Of a stretch of DNA of 64,000 nt, positions 26,406 through 41,400 are shown in pieces (positions within the stretch are counted from its first letter, which is position 1; each line of letters begins with the position of its first letter). Both the position numbers and the translations under genes were made by a program. The notes below the pieces were generated by a model. The model was not told the origin of the DNA and made no database searches. It worked only from the letters and a program-made list of their open reading frames with translations. Origin of the DNA: Octopus vulgaris (lineage: Eukaryota); NCBI GenBank assembly GCA_951406725.2, contig OX597825.1:36270001-36334000 (forward strand). The letters run 5' to 3'.

Positions 26406-29400
26406 TATATACGATGGGCTTCTTTCAGTTTCTGTCTACCAAATCCACTCAAAAGGCTTTGGTCGGCCTGAGGCTATAGCAGAAGACACTTGCCCAAGGT
26501 GCCACGCAGTGGGATTGAACCTGGAACCATGTGGTTGGTAAGCAAGCTACTTACCACACAACCACTCCTATGCCTAGAAGGATAATGTTTAAGGATAATG
26601 AATGAAACATTCATGTTTCCAGGGATGAATTATTCAAACCCCAAAGAATCCTTCTCAACATGTAGCTATAAGGCTCCCCCATTACTCTTGCTCCTATCAT
26701 CAGCAGTCAGCGACATGCTCATATGGTCTAGGGCAGGCAACTGACAATCAAATCTATTGTTCTGTGCAGAATATTTCCTGTTGCCCATTATTGTTGTTGT
26801 TAATGCAGTAAGCTGGCAAAATTATTAGCACATTGGACAAAATGATTTGTATTTCTTCAGGCTCTTTACATTCTGAGTTCAAATCCTGCCATGGTCAACT
26901 TTACTTTTTAACTTTTATATGTATGTTTGTGTGTGTGTGTGCATATTGTCTGTATGTATAAATTATGTATATGAAATTACAAAGACTGCAAAATTTTGAT
27001 GCCAAAACTTGTGATAAACATTTGGCAACCAGGGGCTCATACATGTAAATGTAAACTTTAAGTTACAAATTGAAAAAAACTGACAAAATTTCGTGCTGTT
27101 TAAATATTTGTGTAGATATGTGTATGCAAAAACAGGAGTATTTCAATTTTCTGAAAAATTGGCTTCAAGGGAGATAATCATTCAAAAGTTACTCCCCTTA
27201 AGATTTTGTTTTTGTTTACTAAAATTCTTGCATAATTGTATTGTGACTTTCTGTGGCTTTTCATGTTTTAATCCAAAATGAAGACAAACGCTGATTTTTT
27301 ATATGATAGGCTTGAATAATTGTTGAAGTATTCCTTAACAAGAAACCAACAATAGTCTTCATACACAAACAAATAATCTTTGGCTGAGCACTCATTCCTT
27401 TTGTTTGATATATATAATATATTGTAAATAGTAAAGAATTACCCCAAACGTTTACCAGTTCACTCTCAGTTAGGTATTCAAAATAGGTTATTCAACAGTT
27501 AATATATAAATCCAATAATATTCTTATAAGAATTTAGGGATGTATTCCGTTGGATAATTCTGAATGTATTACCTTAACCATATAAGCTTCCTAGGGTGCA
27601 TATATATATATACATATATATATCAGGGATGTGCCATCTGGGTAGGCAAGGTAAGTAGTGCCTACCCAGGATAAAATAGATCGATAGTAATATTTCCCTT
27701 TTATGGCAAAATATGCACCTAATTCAATAAAATTATGAAGGTTACTCTGATAACTATGCATAAAATACAAAATTTTTTGTTGATTTGTTGATTAGGTAGG
27801 CATGATTTGCCCCTGCCTTTCAATCTCAGTATTAATGCTATGCATACAACTGCTGTAGTACATGTGCTGTGTACATTTCTACAACGTTTTCTTTACACAC
27901 TATAAAGGCAGAAGTAAATCTGCCTACAACTCAGTCATGCGCCTGTGTTTCTCTTATTTTTTTGTGTGTTTTACTACACACCAACTGCCTACCCTGAGTA
28001 ATTACTGATGGCATGTGATACACACACATGTCATCATCATCATCATTTAATGTCCATGTTCCATGTTGGCATGGGTTATATGTAAATATATGTGTGTGTG
28101 TGTGAATATGTGTATGTTTGTCTCTTTATCTTGACATCATGTGATAATTGTAAGTGATTGTTACTGTTCTTCAAGCAATGTCAGTCATTTTCAATATTCT
28201 GCAGGAACATGTCTGACTATGGAGAAATATTATCATCTTTGGAAACAAGCAATGGTTGGCAAGAGGAAAGGCATCCAGCCATAGAAAAAAATCTGTCTCA
28301 GTAAACTGTGTCCAACTCGTGCAAGCATGGAAAAGTGGATGTTAAAACAAAGATAGTGAATGATGATTTATTGTTATTTTCTGGAATGTGGCAAAGTCTA
28401 TCCTGATGAGTAATTTGTCAATGTTCTTACTGGGGAGATTGCTATGTATCTTTCAAGCTGACTCAAGTAACAAGCTCTCTTGTTGATTCGAGTGACTCCA
28501 TATAGGTTCCTTTGTTGATTGGAGTGACTCCATATAGGCTCCTTTGTTGATTGGAGTGACTCCATATAGGCTCCTTTGTTGATTGGAGTGACTCCATATA
28601 GGCTCCTTTGTTGATTGGAGTGACTCCATATAGGCTCTCTTGTTGACTCAAGCGACATCATATAAGCTCCCTTAATGACTTGAGTGACTCCATACAGACT
28701 CATTTGTAGACTCCATATAAATTCTTTTGTTGTCTTCATATAAGCTCTCTTGTCAATTTGAGTGTCTCCATACAGGCTCTGTTATTGACTCTAGTGACTC
28801 CATATTGGCTCTCTTGTTGACTCAAGTGTCTCCATACATGCTCCTTTGTTGACTCAAGTGACTTCATACAAACTCTTTTGTTGACTCAAGTGATCATAAA
28901 AACTCCCTCACATGATAAGGTTTCTACATAGCAACTCTCAGTATTATTAAGAATTGTTGCTTTTGGTTTTCATTTTCTTCAGGTCAGTCCAGAAATGCTC
29001 CAACAAATCTGCAAACGCCTATTTACACATGCCAAGCAACCATCCATTGACTTCAACCGGCCTGGAACTGCTGGAAAAGCTCTTCGGACATCTATTATTG
29101 AGTAAGGTTGATTATGTTATTGTGTACTGATTGAATGGCCATTAATTGCATTGTATCTATGACAGTCTAATTAATTGTTGTTCATAAACAAAGGGGCTAC
29201 TGGATGGCTTGACTGGGTGGCTTAGCTCAATAACCCCACACTTAATTGACTGGAATAAAAGGTTATAATGATAATGGTAATGATGATAATTACTAGCAGT
29301 ACCTGTGGAAATTCCATGGTTGTTTTGAAAATTGTACGATCAAATTGTATATTTTTCTGAAACATTTGACTTTTGAGATGTAAAAATCCACGTTGGCATT

Positions 29401-32400
29401 ATTGAAGCTTATTGACCTTTAGAAATTTTCTAACATAGGTATTAAAGCCAGAAATTTATGAGAAGTTAGTCAGTTAAATCAGCTTTAGTATTTGATTAGT
29501 ATCTTATTTTATTGATCTCAAAAAGATAATCCATGTTACATTTGATGTAGAGACCCAGAAGGGACTGTTAATGATTCTACCATCCCAATACTCAAATACT
29601 GATTTTTGATTTCGGTACCAGACCAACAATTTAGAGGAAAAGGAGTTAGTCAATTATATTGACATCAGCATGTAATTGCTACCTTAATTATTTGATCCTC
29701 AAAAAGATGAAAAGCAAAGTTCACCTTGGCAATTAATAATAACACTGTGTAACAAAATTAAAATTTTTTTGTTATTTCCTATTTGCTTCTAGAAAATGAA
29801 GGAAATAACTATTATTCCCTTCAAACTTTGCTTTTGTGGCCTGGACATCAATGCTTTGAAACTGACCTATTTTCCATTACATTACAGGCCGGTTCAGCGC
29901 TGAGTTGCTGAAGCAGAAATATAGTTATATCAAACATTCTACTCAATACCAGAAATTTGCTTGTCAGTTGCTTGACCTTAACCATCATCATCATCACTGC
30001 CATAACTGTCCTCATCATTGTCATTGTTATTACAATCATCATTACCACCACCACTGTCACTGTCATCACTATCAACTCCTATCATCATGACCACCACTAC
30101 CCAATCACCATTCTAATCGGTACTCACTGAAATCAAGTTGCTGTTCTAAAATACATGTTAAAGTAGATTAACTAATAGTCTCACACTATAAGTAGTAGTA
30201 GGAGGAGGAAGAGGAGGTGATTATAGCACTAGTAATTAGTAATAGGGAGAGGAGTTAATAGTATGGTAACACTAAGGTCTAACCTCAGTCATCTTGCTTA
30301 AAGTAAAATGGTCAGGTTAAAAATAGAGAATAAATAGAAACAATTTGGTTTCCTCTCTCATTCTCTCCTTATTTTTATCTTGCTATAATCCATTCTGCAT
30401 AGATAAGATATATTGGAATTAAGAAATATGAAGTTATCTAGAGAAAGTTTTAATTATTGATTAAGCTAAGATTTTCTTATCTTCATGGCTTCTGGTAGGA
30501 ACAAGTTTTTGAGTCATTGACCTCAGTTCTATGATGGTTTGTTTTGTATATGTGCAGTGTTATATTGAGCATGAAAACAAACAAAAAGTCCACTGCAGAA
30601 TATTATATCTACCAGGGGGTGCCGAAAAGTTCTTGGCTTTGGGCAAAAGAAAATACAGGAGGAGTAATTAATTATGTTTCTATTCAACATATTCCACTCT
30701 CAGATTCACACAGTTATTGCAGTGGTCCTTCAGTTTTTCTAAGCCCTGTAAAAGAACTTGGAAGTTTGGGCCTCCAACTAGGTCATTTGCAATACTCTTA
30801 AAACCAGGAGCTTTTCAGCACCCACTCATATATCAATAATTGTAATAAGTAACTTATAGCTTTGCACATTAATCTCACAGAGATTGTGAAATGTTTGAAT
30901 ATTTGCAGAACCAACAGCCACAAAGGAGAGTATATCCACTGAGTGCTTTTTGGTGCATTCAAAAATTACATGCCCACTTCCCACTCACTTTTCTATGACC
31001 AGGTTAGGGCCTGGAATGTTTCAAACAGACACATGACATGTCATTTAGTCAAATTAGCCTTCATTTACTCCCCAAATGTTTTGTTATCAATTCTGCACTT
31101 CCCTGTATCACGTGTTTCAACCTAACTGTACCATATATACAAACAATGCCGTTTAAATCCCAAGCAACACTATGTATGTTTCCTAGTTTCTTCTAAAAGC
31201 CATACAACATCCTATTCAGCTTCTACAAACATACAATTTTATTCTGCTTCTACAAACCATACAGACTCATCCCCTGCTTCTATAATAAGCTATATACTTT
31301 TATCCAGCTTCTATAAGTCACTCAACCTCCTTTGTTTTATATGCCAAACAACTTCTATCATTCTTATAAAATTCACAACCATCTTCACTCTTGTAAGCCA
31401 TACTATATTAACTCCTTTTAAAAGACACCCCACTTTTTTTTTACTACTACTTTTAGCTAAATAGATTCTTTTTTCCTAAGCAACAACTTTCTGCATTTTA
31501 TATTTTGCTTTTAATAAGCTAAAAGAAAAAAGAAAAATATTTGTTTTAATATGGATAATAAAATAAAGTCCTTCATGCCTTCTAGAAGCCAAATAAACTC
31601 CTCTTCTCCTTCCATCAGCCCGGCATCTTTGTTGCTTCCATTAACCATATCATCATTATTTAGCATCTCTTTTCCATGTTTACATCTGTCAGACAGAATT
31701 TGTTGAGGCACATTTTCTATGACGGGTTGCCCTTTGTGTCACCTTCACCTGTTTCCAAAGAAGGTAATATTTTCCCTTGGTGACTAGAAACAGACAAATT
31801 CATTTGTATGAGGCTAATATTAATTTACAACCATTACATGATGTCTAAATAAAGGGATACACCCCCCCACACACACACACACATGCACACACAAATGTGT
31901 ATACAATATGGGCTTCTTTCAGCTTCCATCAACCAAATCCACTTACATGGCTTTGGTCAACTTGGTGCTATAGTAGAAGAAACTTGCCCAATGTGCCATG
32001 CTGTGGGACTGAACTGTAAACCTCATGATTGGGAAGCATGTATCAGAAGTTTTTTTCTTTTCTGAATACAGAGAACAGTGTTTTGTCATAAGTTTATATT
32101 AAAGAAAATTTTAACGATCTCTGTCATTGCAGTATTCCAAGTAAGATAAAAGGGGACACACCTTTAGATTTTCCCAAAGTGAAATCTGACCTCATGTCAG
32201 CTAATAATCACCGCAAATCATTGCTACTGCAAGCCTTACGATGGGTGAGTAAAAGCTTGGTGCAGCATTTTACTATTTTCAGTGGATGTTTTCAACTTCT
32301 TTGTACTTTTCTTTGTACTTTTGATGGTTCTCTTAAGCTTAATAATTATTTTACAGCTTTCATATTTTTTGTAAATCTAGGACTTTCTGCAGTTATGTAT

Positions 32401-35400
32401 AGCTGTGTTTCCCAATCATTTTTTACCACTGGACCCTTCTGGCTATTCAACATTTTAAAAAGATCATATTATGTTTTTACAGTTAAATATTATTAGGAAT
32501 TGTATTGAAAATTTAAAAAAAATATTTTGTGTATTGTAGATATATAAGCAATTTTATTGCAGATAAATTTTAACAATGAAACAGTTAAAGAGAGAAATTC
32601 TTGTAATCCATGTGATCTATTTCTATCTGCAGCGATTGACTCGTACAAACACACAGCAAAGAACAATAAACATCACTAGTTATGTACATTCTGACCTGCT
32701 GGGCTGTGCTGCTGCATCTGGTCCTTATAAAGTGAGTCTAGAATTTTGAAATTTCATCTTTAATAGATACATTTGGCTACTCTCTGTATTGAGTACTCTC
32801 TTTTTCCCTTCTTGTTTACTCTAAACTCTGTACACTTATTACATACATACTCCTGCACATATATATACATACACATATACTCACAAGCATACATACAGTC
32901 ACAAACACATATACACACATATGTACATACACACATGCACACACACATACATATTTCTCATTTCTTTACTGCCCCCAAAGGGCTACACACAGAGGGGACA
33001 AATAAGGACAAACAAACAGATTAAGTCGATTATATCGACCCCAGTGCGTAACTGGTACTTATTTAATCGACCCCGAAAGGATGAAAAGCAAAGTCGATCT
33101 AAATGGAATTTGAACTCAGAACGTAGCGACAGATGAAATACTGCTAAGCATTTCGCCCGGCATGCTAACGTTTCTGCCAATTCGATGCCAACTCAAGTTT
33201 CTGCCAACTCGACACATACATATTTCTGACAGGGAGTTGATGTATAGACATCAATGAATAAATCTGTGATAGTTAAGATCCATGCGAGACTGACATGCAT
33301 GTATATACATAAGCAACTAAAATAATCTTTAAGGCCAACATATTTAGATTATAAGCAGAGAAGCCTAAATTTCACATACAGTTCATACTTTAATTAATGG
33401 ACAAATAGATGCATATATGCTTATGCATGTATCCTCATCCTCATCTGTTTTCCAAGTGTTGGTCAGTTTGACAGGAACTGGCAGGTCAAAAGACTGCACC
33501 AAGCCCAACTCTTTGCTTTGGCATGGTTTCTATGGCTGGATCCTCTTCCTAATGCCAAGCATGCTACAGAGTGGAGTGGGTGTTTTTACTCGGCATCTGC
33601 ACTGGTGAGGTCACAAAGTAACTTATAAGAGGAGATCCCTCAAATGAGGGGAAGTAGTTTCAATGCAAGTGACATTATGCCTGGTGATGAGAAGTCTGTG
33701 CAATAGTTCCCACCCCTTTGGCACCCAGGCCACATTCCTAGTGCCTGTCCCTCACCACTCTCTATCACAAAGAAAAACTCCTTTCTGCCACAAATTCAAA
33801 ACAAATGTATTTCACAAATAAAACTTAACCTAATCAACCCATTATTTTGTTGTTTTTACATCCATCCCAATCTTTCCACTGCTCCTTGGGGATCAGTACT
33901 GCCCACTTTGGGAACCACTGGATCAGAGTATGAAAAGTAGGACAGAAATAGGTGTCTTGCTATAAGGGAGATGGATGGCTACTTCATCTGGAGAGAGAGA
34001 GAGAGAGATGGAAAGAGAGAGCATGGAGAGATGATGAAAATGTGATTGGAAGGAGGGGTCCACTTGAGTTATAGAGGGGTGTATGTAAGTGGGACCAAGG
34101 ACTGGATAGGGTGAGCAGGTGGTGGGTAAGTTAGTGAGATTGTGAAAGAGTGGGAGGTGGAGGGGAGAGAATGCAATGAGTGAACACAAATTGAGGGAGG
34201 GGGTGTTAGGAGGATGTGTTGTTGGGGAAGAAACTCAACAGGGATACATTGTGTGCAGACAGGTTCATGAAGGTGCAAAGGAGAGTGGGAGATAGAAGGG
34301 AGAAGAATAAGTGAGTAGTAAGTTCAAGTGGGGCAATAGAGGGCAGTGTCTGGAAGATGGATTGTTATGGGGAGAGGTTTGTCAGGGACAGCTTGTGTGC
34401 AGGGGTATGGACATAAACGACATTCCTTCATGGCTTCTATTTTACTTAAGCTGGTTGGGTCTTCTCAAGCAGAGCAAACCACCGTTCATCTTGGTTCTTT
34501 GTCATCTCTTCTGTGAGGCTCAATATCAGAAAGCCATTTTTCAATCACTTTGCCCCATATCTTCCTGGGTCTACCTTTTCCATCATTTCCCTCTATGTTT
34601 AAAGAGCAGCACTTAATGCAGCTGTCTTCATCCACATGCATCACATGACCATACCTGCACAGTCTTCTCTCTTACTACATCTGAGGTTTGAATATCTTTA
34701 TATATATATATACACACACATCATCATCATCATTTAGCAACTGTTTTCCATGCTGGCATGGGTTGGGTGGTTTGACAGGAGCTGCCTGGGTTCCATGTCT
34801 GTTTTGGCATGGTTTCTACAGCAGGATGCCCTTCCTAATGCCAGCCACTGTACTGGGCACTTTTACACAACACCAGCATGGGCACTTTTATGTGGAACTA
34901 GCATGAGTGCTTCTTATGTGGCACCAGCATCCATGAGCCCACAAAATTAGGATTGCTTCATTGAAGAAGGTTGTAGGGGACATGTCTGTATGCAAGGACA
35001 ATCACGATTTTACTTAGTTTGTCATGTCTTCTCAAGCACAGCAAACCACCAGAACTCTTGGTTCCTTGTCATCCTCTTAGTGAGGCTCAACCGTCTGAAA
35101 ATCTTTTCTCACCACTTTGTCCCACATCTTCCTGGGTGTACTCCTTCTTCACATTCTCTTCACAATTAGAGATTGGCACTTCTTGATGCAGCTATCCTCA
35201 TCCATATGTATTACATGACCATACACCCATACAAACACATGTACCAGTGTGTGCATTCTGTTGTAGAGAAGCTACTTAGAATACTAGATTTAATATACTT
35301 TTCTTCTCAAAGGTTAACTATTCTTTGTTCAATATTTTATTTTAGGATATTATACCAAAGATCTTAAATTCTGAAGTAGCTGATTTGACTGGTGCAATGT

Positions 35401-38400
35401 CTCGTCTCATAAATACCATTTCTTCAGTGAGTGTTGGTGAGTATTTACACATACTGTTGTGTGAATTGGTGAGAATTTTCCTATATTTCAGTGAGTGTTG
35501 GTGAATGTGCCATGGTTATTTGTCCTGAGTATGACTTTATACAAGTGAGGTTCCTAGGTTGGGAGTTCCTGGGATTTGAGGAGCATTGAAGCAATTCTTA
35601 GCCACCATTGTTCCCAGGGTCTTTTCTGACCTGGAATAGTAGCACCTGTTAGAGTTTCAGTTATGGTTTAAATAGCATGTAACCACCCAAACCAAGATAT
35701 GTCTAAAATCATGGGATGCAGCTCGGAGGATGTGAATTTTTTGGGCTAATAAACTTATTGTGTCCATGACAAATACCACTAGAGGCTGAGCAGATGAACA
35801 GTGAACAAACTGTCAATGGCGAGAATCAACCAGTTCAGTTAGTGAACTACTGCTATCGTCTGTAGTCATGGTGTGCACAAATGAGATATTTCAGTGAGGG
35901 GAAGACCTCTGTGACTAAAACCCAAGCCAAACATTCATGCTACATTGCTTCATTTGGATGTCAGGCATGGAAAAGTTGCAGTGGTCCAGGCAAGTTACCT
36001 GACTTTATGCTGAGAATGGTGGTAGTGGTTGTTGTTGTTGTTGTTGTCGTCATCGTCATTTATGAATATTCCTTGTTGAACACAAGTAACAAACTATGGT
36101 TTGCTGAAATATGGAAGACACTGTTAAGAAATTTTGTGCCATTATGGATTTCTGGGAAAAAAATAAATAGAAATAAAGGAATAAATAAAAGTAAAAACCT
36201 TTCAGAATATTAATTTTAAACCTAAAGAATGTCATATGAGAATGGAACAATATTCTGACAGAAATCCTCATGACCATCACCACCACCACAACCACCACCA
36301 ACCCTGCCACCACCATCATCATCATCATCATCATTTAACGTCCATTTTCCATGCTAGCATGGGTTCTTCATAATTATTGTCACCATATTTTGATTTAGAG
36401 ACTGAGGTAAACAGCAGGGATTTAATTTCAATACATTTTTCTTTTCTTATTTTTCTTATTTCCTTTTTGTGTGTCTTCAGGTCGGTCATACTTGGCTCGC
36501 AATCCTGGCTTGATGGCGTCTCTCATTGATAATATGAAGGCTGAACAGTGCAATTCCCTGACTCGTGGAATGATTCTTGGGACTCTCCAGAAGCTGAGTT
36601 TGAGGTGAGTCATTGCTAACTCTGACACTACAAGGACTGGACCTGCTGAGTAGAAAATCTTCTGATTTAGTAGAATGTCAGACAATTACTATTTTGCACT
36701 TTTATTTGTCATTTGACTGCAGCCATGCTAGAGCACTGCCTTTAGTCGAATAATTCAACCCCAGGACTTATTCTTTGTAAGCCTAGTACTTATTCTATCA
36801 GTCTCTTTTGCCGAACTGCTAAATTACAGGGACATAAACACACCAACATCAGTTGTCAAGCAATGGTGGGAGGGACAGACTCACAAACTTATACAGGCAT
36901 ACACACATATATATATGATAGGCTTCTTTCAATTTCCATCTACCAAATTCACTCACAAGGCTTTGGTTGGTCTGAGTCTATAGCAGAAGACACTTGTCCA
37001 AGATGCCACACAGTGGGACTGAACCTGGAACTATGTGGTTGAAAAGCAAGCTTTTTACCACACAGCCACGTCTGCACCTGTTGTTTAATTTTTATGAAAA
37101 GATTGTTTGTTTTCAAGGTAGGGTACAAATCAAAATGTAATATGCTACATGTTATTGTAATTGGACAAGATGTTTGGTAATGATTGCTCCATCTCTTTGC
37201 ATTCTGAGGTTTTGGGTGTTAGAATCATTTGCCCAGTATAATTCTACCACCTGGTTCTTGGAGGTCCCTCTATTGAAAACGTTTGGGCCAATTCTTTAGT
37301 TGGAAGATATCTTTTCTAAAGGCTCCCCCATCTCTTACTAAATGGTAAGACAACAGTTCTTCATTTCTTCCTAAATCTTTATAAGCTCATTCAATTTATC
37401 AATTAATTAATATTTTGTTGACTCACTGATATTTTCACCAATACATTCAATCTCTACATTTCATGGACTATCATTTACTACTCTACTGTGTTAGGGCCAG
37501 ATGTTACCCATTAATGAAAATGACTGCTTTCACTAATTGCTTTAGGTGCCTGGATAGTTGTGAGCAGACATAGATCTGCTCTTGACATTCTCACCACTCA
37601 ACCCAACTTCAGATTCAGGTTGGTGTCACTTATTTGGCATTGCTGATTCAATGCTGACTTACTTGACATCAGACATTTTAATGTCTCTCTGTCTCTCTCT
37701 GTCTCTCTCTGTCTCTCCTCTCACTCTGTGTCTCTGTGAGAGCATCTAGTTATGTTTGTATGCTTAAGATGTAAAATCTCTCTCCAACCTCTCTCTCTTT
37801 ATGTGCTTCTTTCTCATCATCGTTTAACGTCTGCTTTCCATGCTAGCATGGGTTGGACGATTTGACTGAGGACTGGTGAACCAGATGGCTGCACTAGGCT
37901 CCAATTTCGATCTGGCAGAGTTTCTACAGCTGGATGCCCTTCCTAATGCCAACCACTCTGAGAGTGTAGTGGGTGCTTTTATGTGCCATCGGCACGAGGG
38001 CCAGTCAGGCGGAACTGGCAATGACCACACTCAAATGGTATTTTTTACGTGTCACCTGCACAGGAGCCAGTCCAGCGGCAGTGGCAACGACCTTGCTCGA
38101 ATGTTTTTTTCATGTGCCCCCAGCACAAGTGCCAGTAAGGTGACGCTGGTAATGATCACGCTCAAATGGTCATTTCTGTGTATGTATTTACATGTGTGTG
38201 TGTGTGTGTGTTTGCTTCCAGTGCCAAAAAGTACTGCTGTCAAAACAGGTTGAATGTTCACTCAACCAAGCCAAATCATCAGTGTCGAAACAACTATGTG
38301 CAGTCATCTCATTCTGTTCTTTTCCAGTGAAGTTTTTCATCTTTTCTTGAAATATTGGAATACACTTCTCCCCTGTATAAACTTATTCAATTTGTCTAGT

Positions 38401-41400
38401 AATTGATATTTTCACCAATACAGTTCATCTCTACATTCCATGGACTATTGTTTATTACACCACTGTGTTAGAACCGGCTGTCACCCATGAATGAGTATGA
38501 CTTGCTAACAGATACCCTACTTTCACTAATTGCTTTAGGTGCCTGGATAGTTGTGAGCAGACATTGATACTCTCTTGACTCTTTCACAACAGCAGTTCCC
38601 AGTTGTGACTGCTGGAAGGAGAGAAACAACTGCTCCATCACTTGGCTGGTACTTATTTTCAGGTGAATAAACTAGAGCAATATGAACTGAAGTACCATGC
38701 TAAAGAACAAAATACATTTCCCTGTCTTGGAACTGAACTCACAATATTAGGATTATAAGTTGAACACTCTAACCACTAGGCCATGCAACTCATAATTTAT
38801 TACTTAAGTTTATTTTTTGTTATTCATATGTTTTTTTTTTGTTTTAATTTTTAACAGAAATACTAATTGATCTGAAATAGATATTGATTTTCTTTTTTAT
38901 TATCAGGCGTAACTTCCAGAGTTTGATGATTAATGTTGATCTTGTGGAATGGTTAATCATTCTTTTGGAAGAATATGATTTAGTCTCTGATTATACACTG
39001 GAATATGCTGTGGCACTTTTAATGAATCTCTGTTTCCGTACTGCAGGTAAGAGGAGTGATGGGTTGTATTTGTTTGTCTGCAGCTGTTGTTACTGTTGTT
39101 GCTGTTGTTGTTGTTTAATCCTGGGTCAACATGAAGCAATTAGACATGTGGTCAAAGTGTTCCAGCTATGACCATTCCATCTTATTTTTCTAGGATTGCA
39201 TTATCCAATGTGTTCATGTTTTTGTTAAAATTTTGTAAAAGTTTTATTTGAGGGTTTTTACTTAATTCTAGAAGATAAAGGTGCAGGCATAGCTATAGGG
39301 TTAAGTAGCTCACTTTGCAGCCACAAGATTTTGAGTTCAGTTCTACTGCATGGTACTTTGGGTGAGTGTCTTCTACTATAGCCTTGAGCTAACTAATGCC
39401 TTGTGAGTGAATTTGGTAGATGGAAACTGTGTAGAAGCCCATCATATATAAATATATATATATATATATACATTTGTGCCCCCCACCCCAACTCACTTGT
39501 TGACAATTGGTGATGGTTTGTTTAATCCCAGTAACCTAGCAGTTTAGCAAAAGTGTCTATAGAATAAACACAAGACTTAAAATGAAATAGTGGGGTTGAT
39601 TTTTTTTCCCCACTATGTTCTTCAAGGCAGTACCCCAGCAATGCTGCAGTTCAATGACCAAAATAAGTAAGTGATAACTACAAAAGGGCTCGTGAACTAT
39701 TAACTAAAAGATAACACGAACAATACTGCAGACTGTCCATTGCCAACATAAACACAATCTGGGTTAATCTGGGTAGTTGTAAATAGGTGCAAAGCTAGAT
39801 ACAATGTTCTATTGTGAGAAGTGGAAGCACTGTTTGGTTAGTTGTAATGCTGGTCCAAAAGATTTAGGATTGATAAGCACCAACATGGTTGTATGGTTTA
39901 ACTGTTTAGCATTTAAATCAGCCATATTTGGTCAAATTATTTTACCTGTTTTATATTCTTACTGGCTGGATCCAACCTCTCATTCCTAGCTTACAATGAA
40001 ATGTCAGTCTAGAAATAAACAGTAGTATCATTGAAATCCTGAAGCTCTGAGATAACACATGATTAATTGAAAAGAATGAGAATAATTAAGCATTGCATTT
40101 GACAGAGTAATCTGATTGATAAAGGAGTAAGAAACTTATTTTGCAACTATGGGCATACCTCAACTGAATTTTTCAACTTACTCATTTTTTAGTTTTACAC
40201 AATTTTTTTGAAGAAATCAATAGGAAAAATAAACTTCACCTGCAATCAATTTATCTGACTTTATTTTGGTCTCAGAAAAAATATTTAAAAGTAGAAAAAT
40301 TAGAAAAAACAGAAACACCCCAAAACCAATACTGAAGTGGAAAATCAAATAAAATACATGTGAAAGTATGTAGAAATCAGGAATTTTTAAAAATGCATTT
40401 TTGTGTTGTACCATTTTTTGAATGAAGTTTTATATTTTGCCACCATTTACCAATGTAAGTTGAGGTGTGCCTGTATTTGATTTTTTTGTGATCAATCACA
40501 TTGATTCATATCTGAAGCAATGTTTGCTAACACAACCTTGGGTTGATAAAAACATTGAGAGTGAGATTTTGTCCACTTAATCTTTGTTGAAGCCTGTCAA
40601 TTGACCAATCCTGTTTTTAAGATGGTAGATTTAATCTGTGACCCTGGAGATTAACACTACCACTTGACTTGTTTTTAGTTGTTTTTAGCAGAGTCTATTC
40701 TGCAACATGCATTTGGATGAGGTTTCTCATCTGAAGATAACTTACTTTCTTCATCCCACCAGTTTTGGTAGTTCTGAATGAAACAGTTGTGGTTCTGTCT
40801 TTCCTGTGATTAAACTATTAAGAAAAACTAGATTTCAGCCATAATCAATTAATCTGTTATTCAGATATAATCTATCTAGGACCATATTGGCAAATATATC
40901 CATAATTTTTAAAATTTGAGAGGCTTGACTGCTATTTCTAAAAGAGGCTCTTGTAAGTTTTTAGAGGACAAATGGCTGGGTGGTAAAGGTACCTGACATC
41001 CACTCCAGAGTTTTGCATGTCAAAACATATTACCGCTACTGTGTTGTCTCTATGTCAAGACACTAAACCTTCAACAATTCTACCTTCCCTAGCTCAAAGT
41101 AGGTACTTCATGGTTCTAGGGTTCACCAGTGTAATCAGTGGTAACACTATAATACAGATGTTTTATTTGCTTGTTGAACTGAGTTTAGAATCTCTTACTT
41201 GTATATGGAAGACAAAAAGGGCAACTATCTTACCTCAACTCGCATAAAAACTGAGTTGTCAGTGATGTTCTGATAACCCAGTTGAGTTACATGGGCCATT
41301 AAAAGTTTTGGTTCACATCAAGGATATTCAAAAATGACTTTCACTATCCTCTTCACATTTTTTTCTGTCTCTTTCACTCTGTTTGTCCCTCTTCTACCTT

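Noticed and set aside
28459-28893. CRISPR-like array of 32-bp palindromic repeats
   Set aside because: The units are contiguous with no unique spacers, there are no cas genes, and it lies in a eukaryotic intron. It is a minisatellite.
33960-34420. Purine/G-rich tract as a G-quadruplex or coding island
   Set aside because: Low-complexity GA-rich filler within a decayed RTE-related repeat, with no regular G-tract spacing or ORF support.
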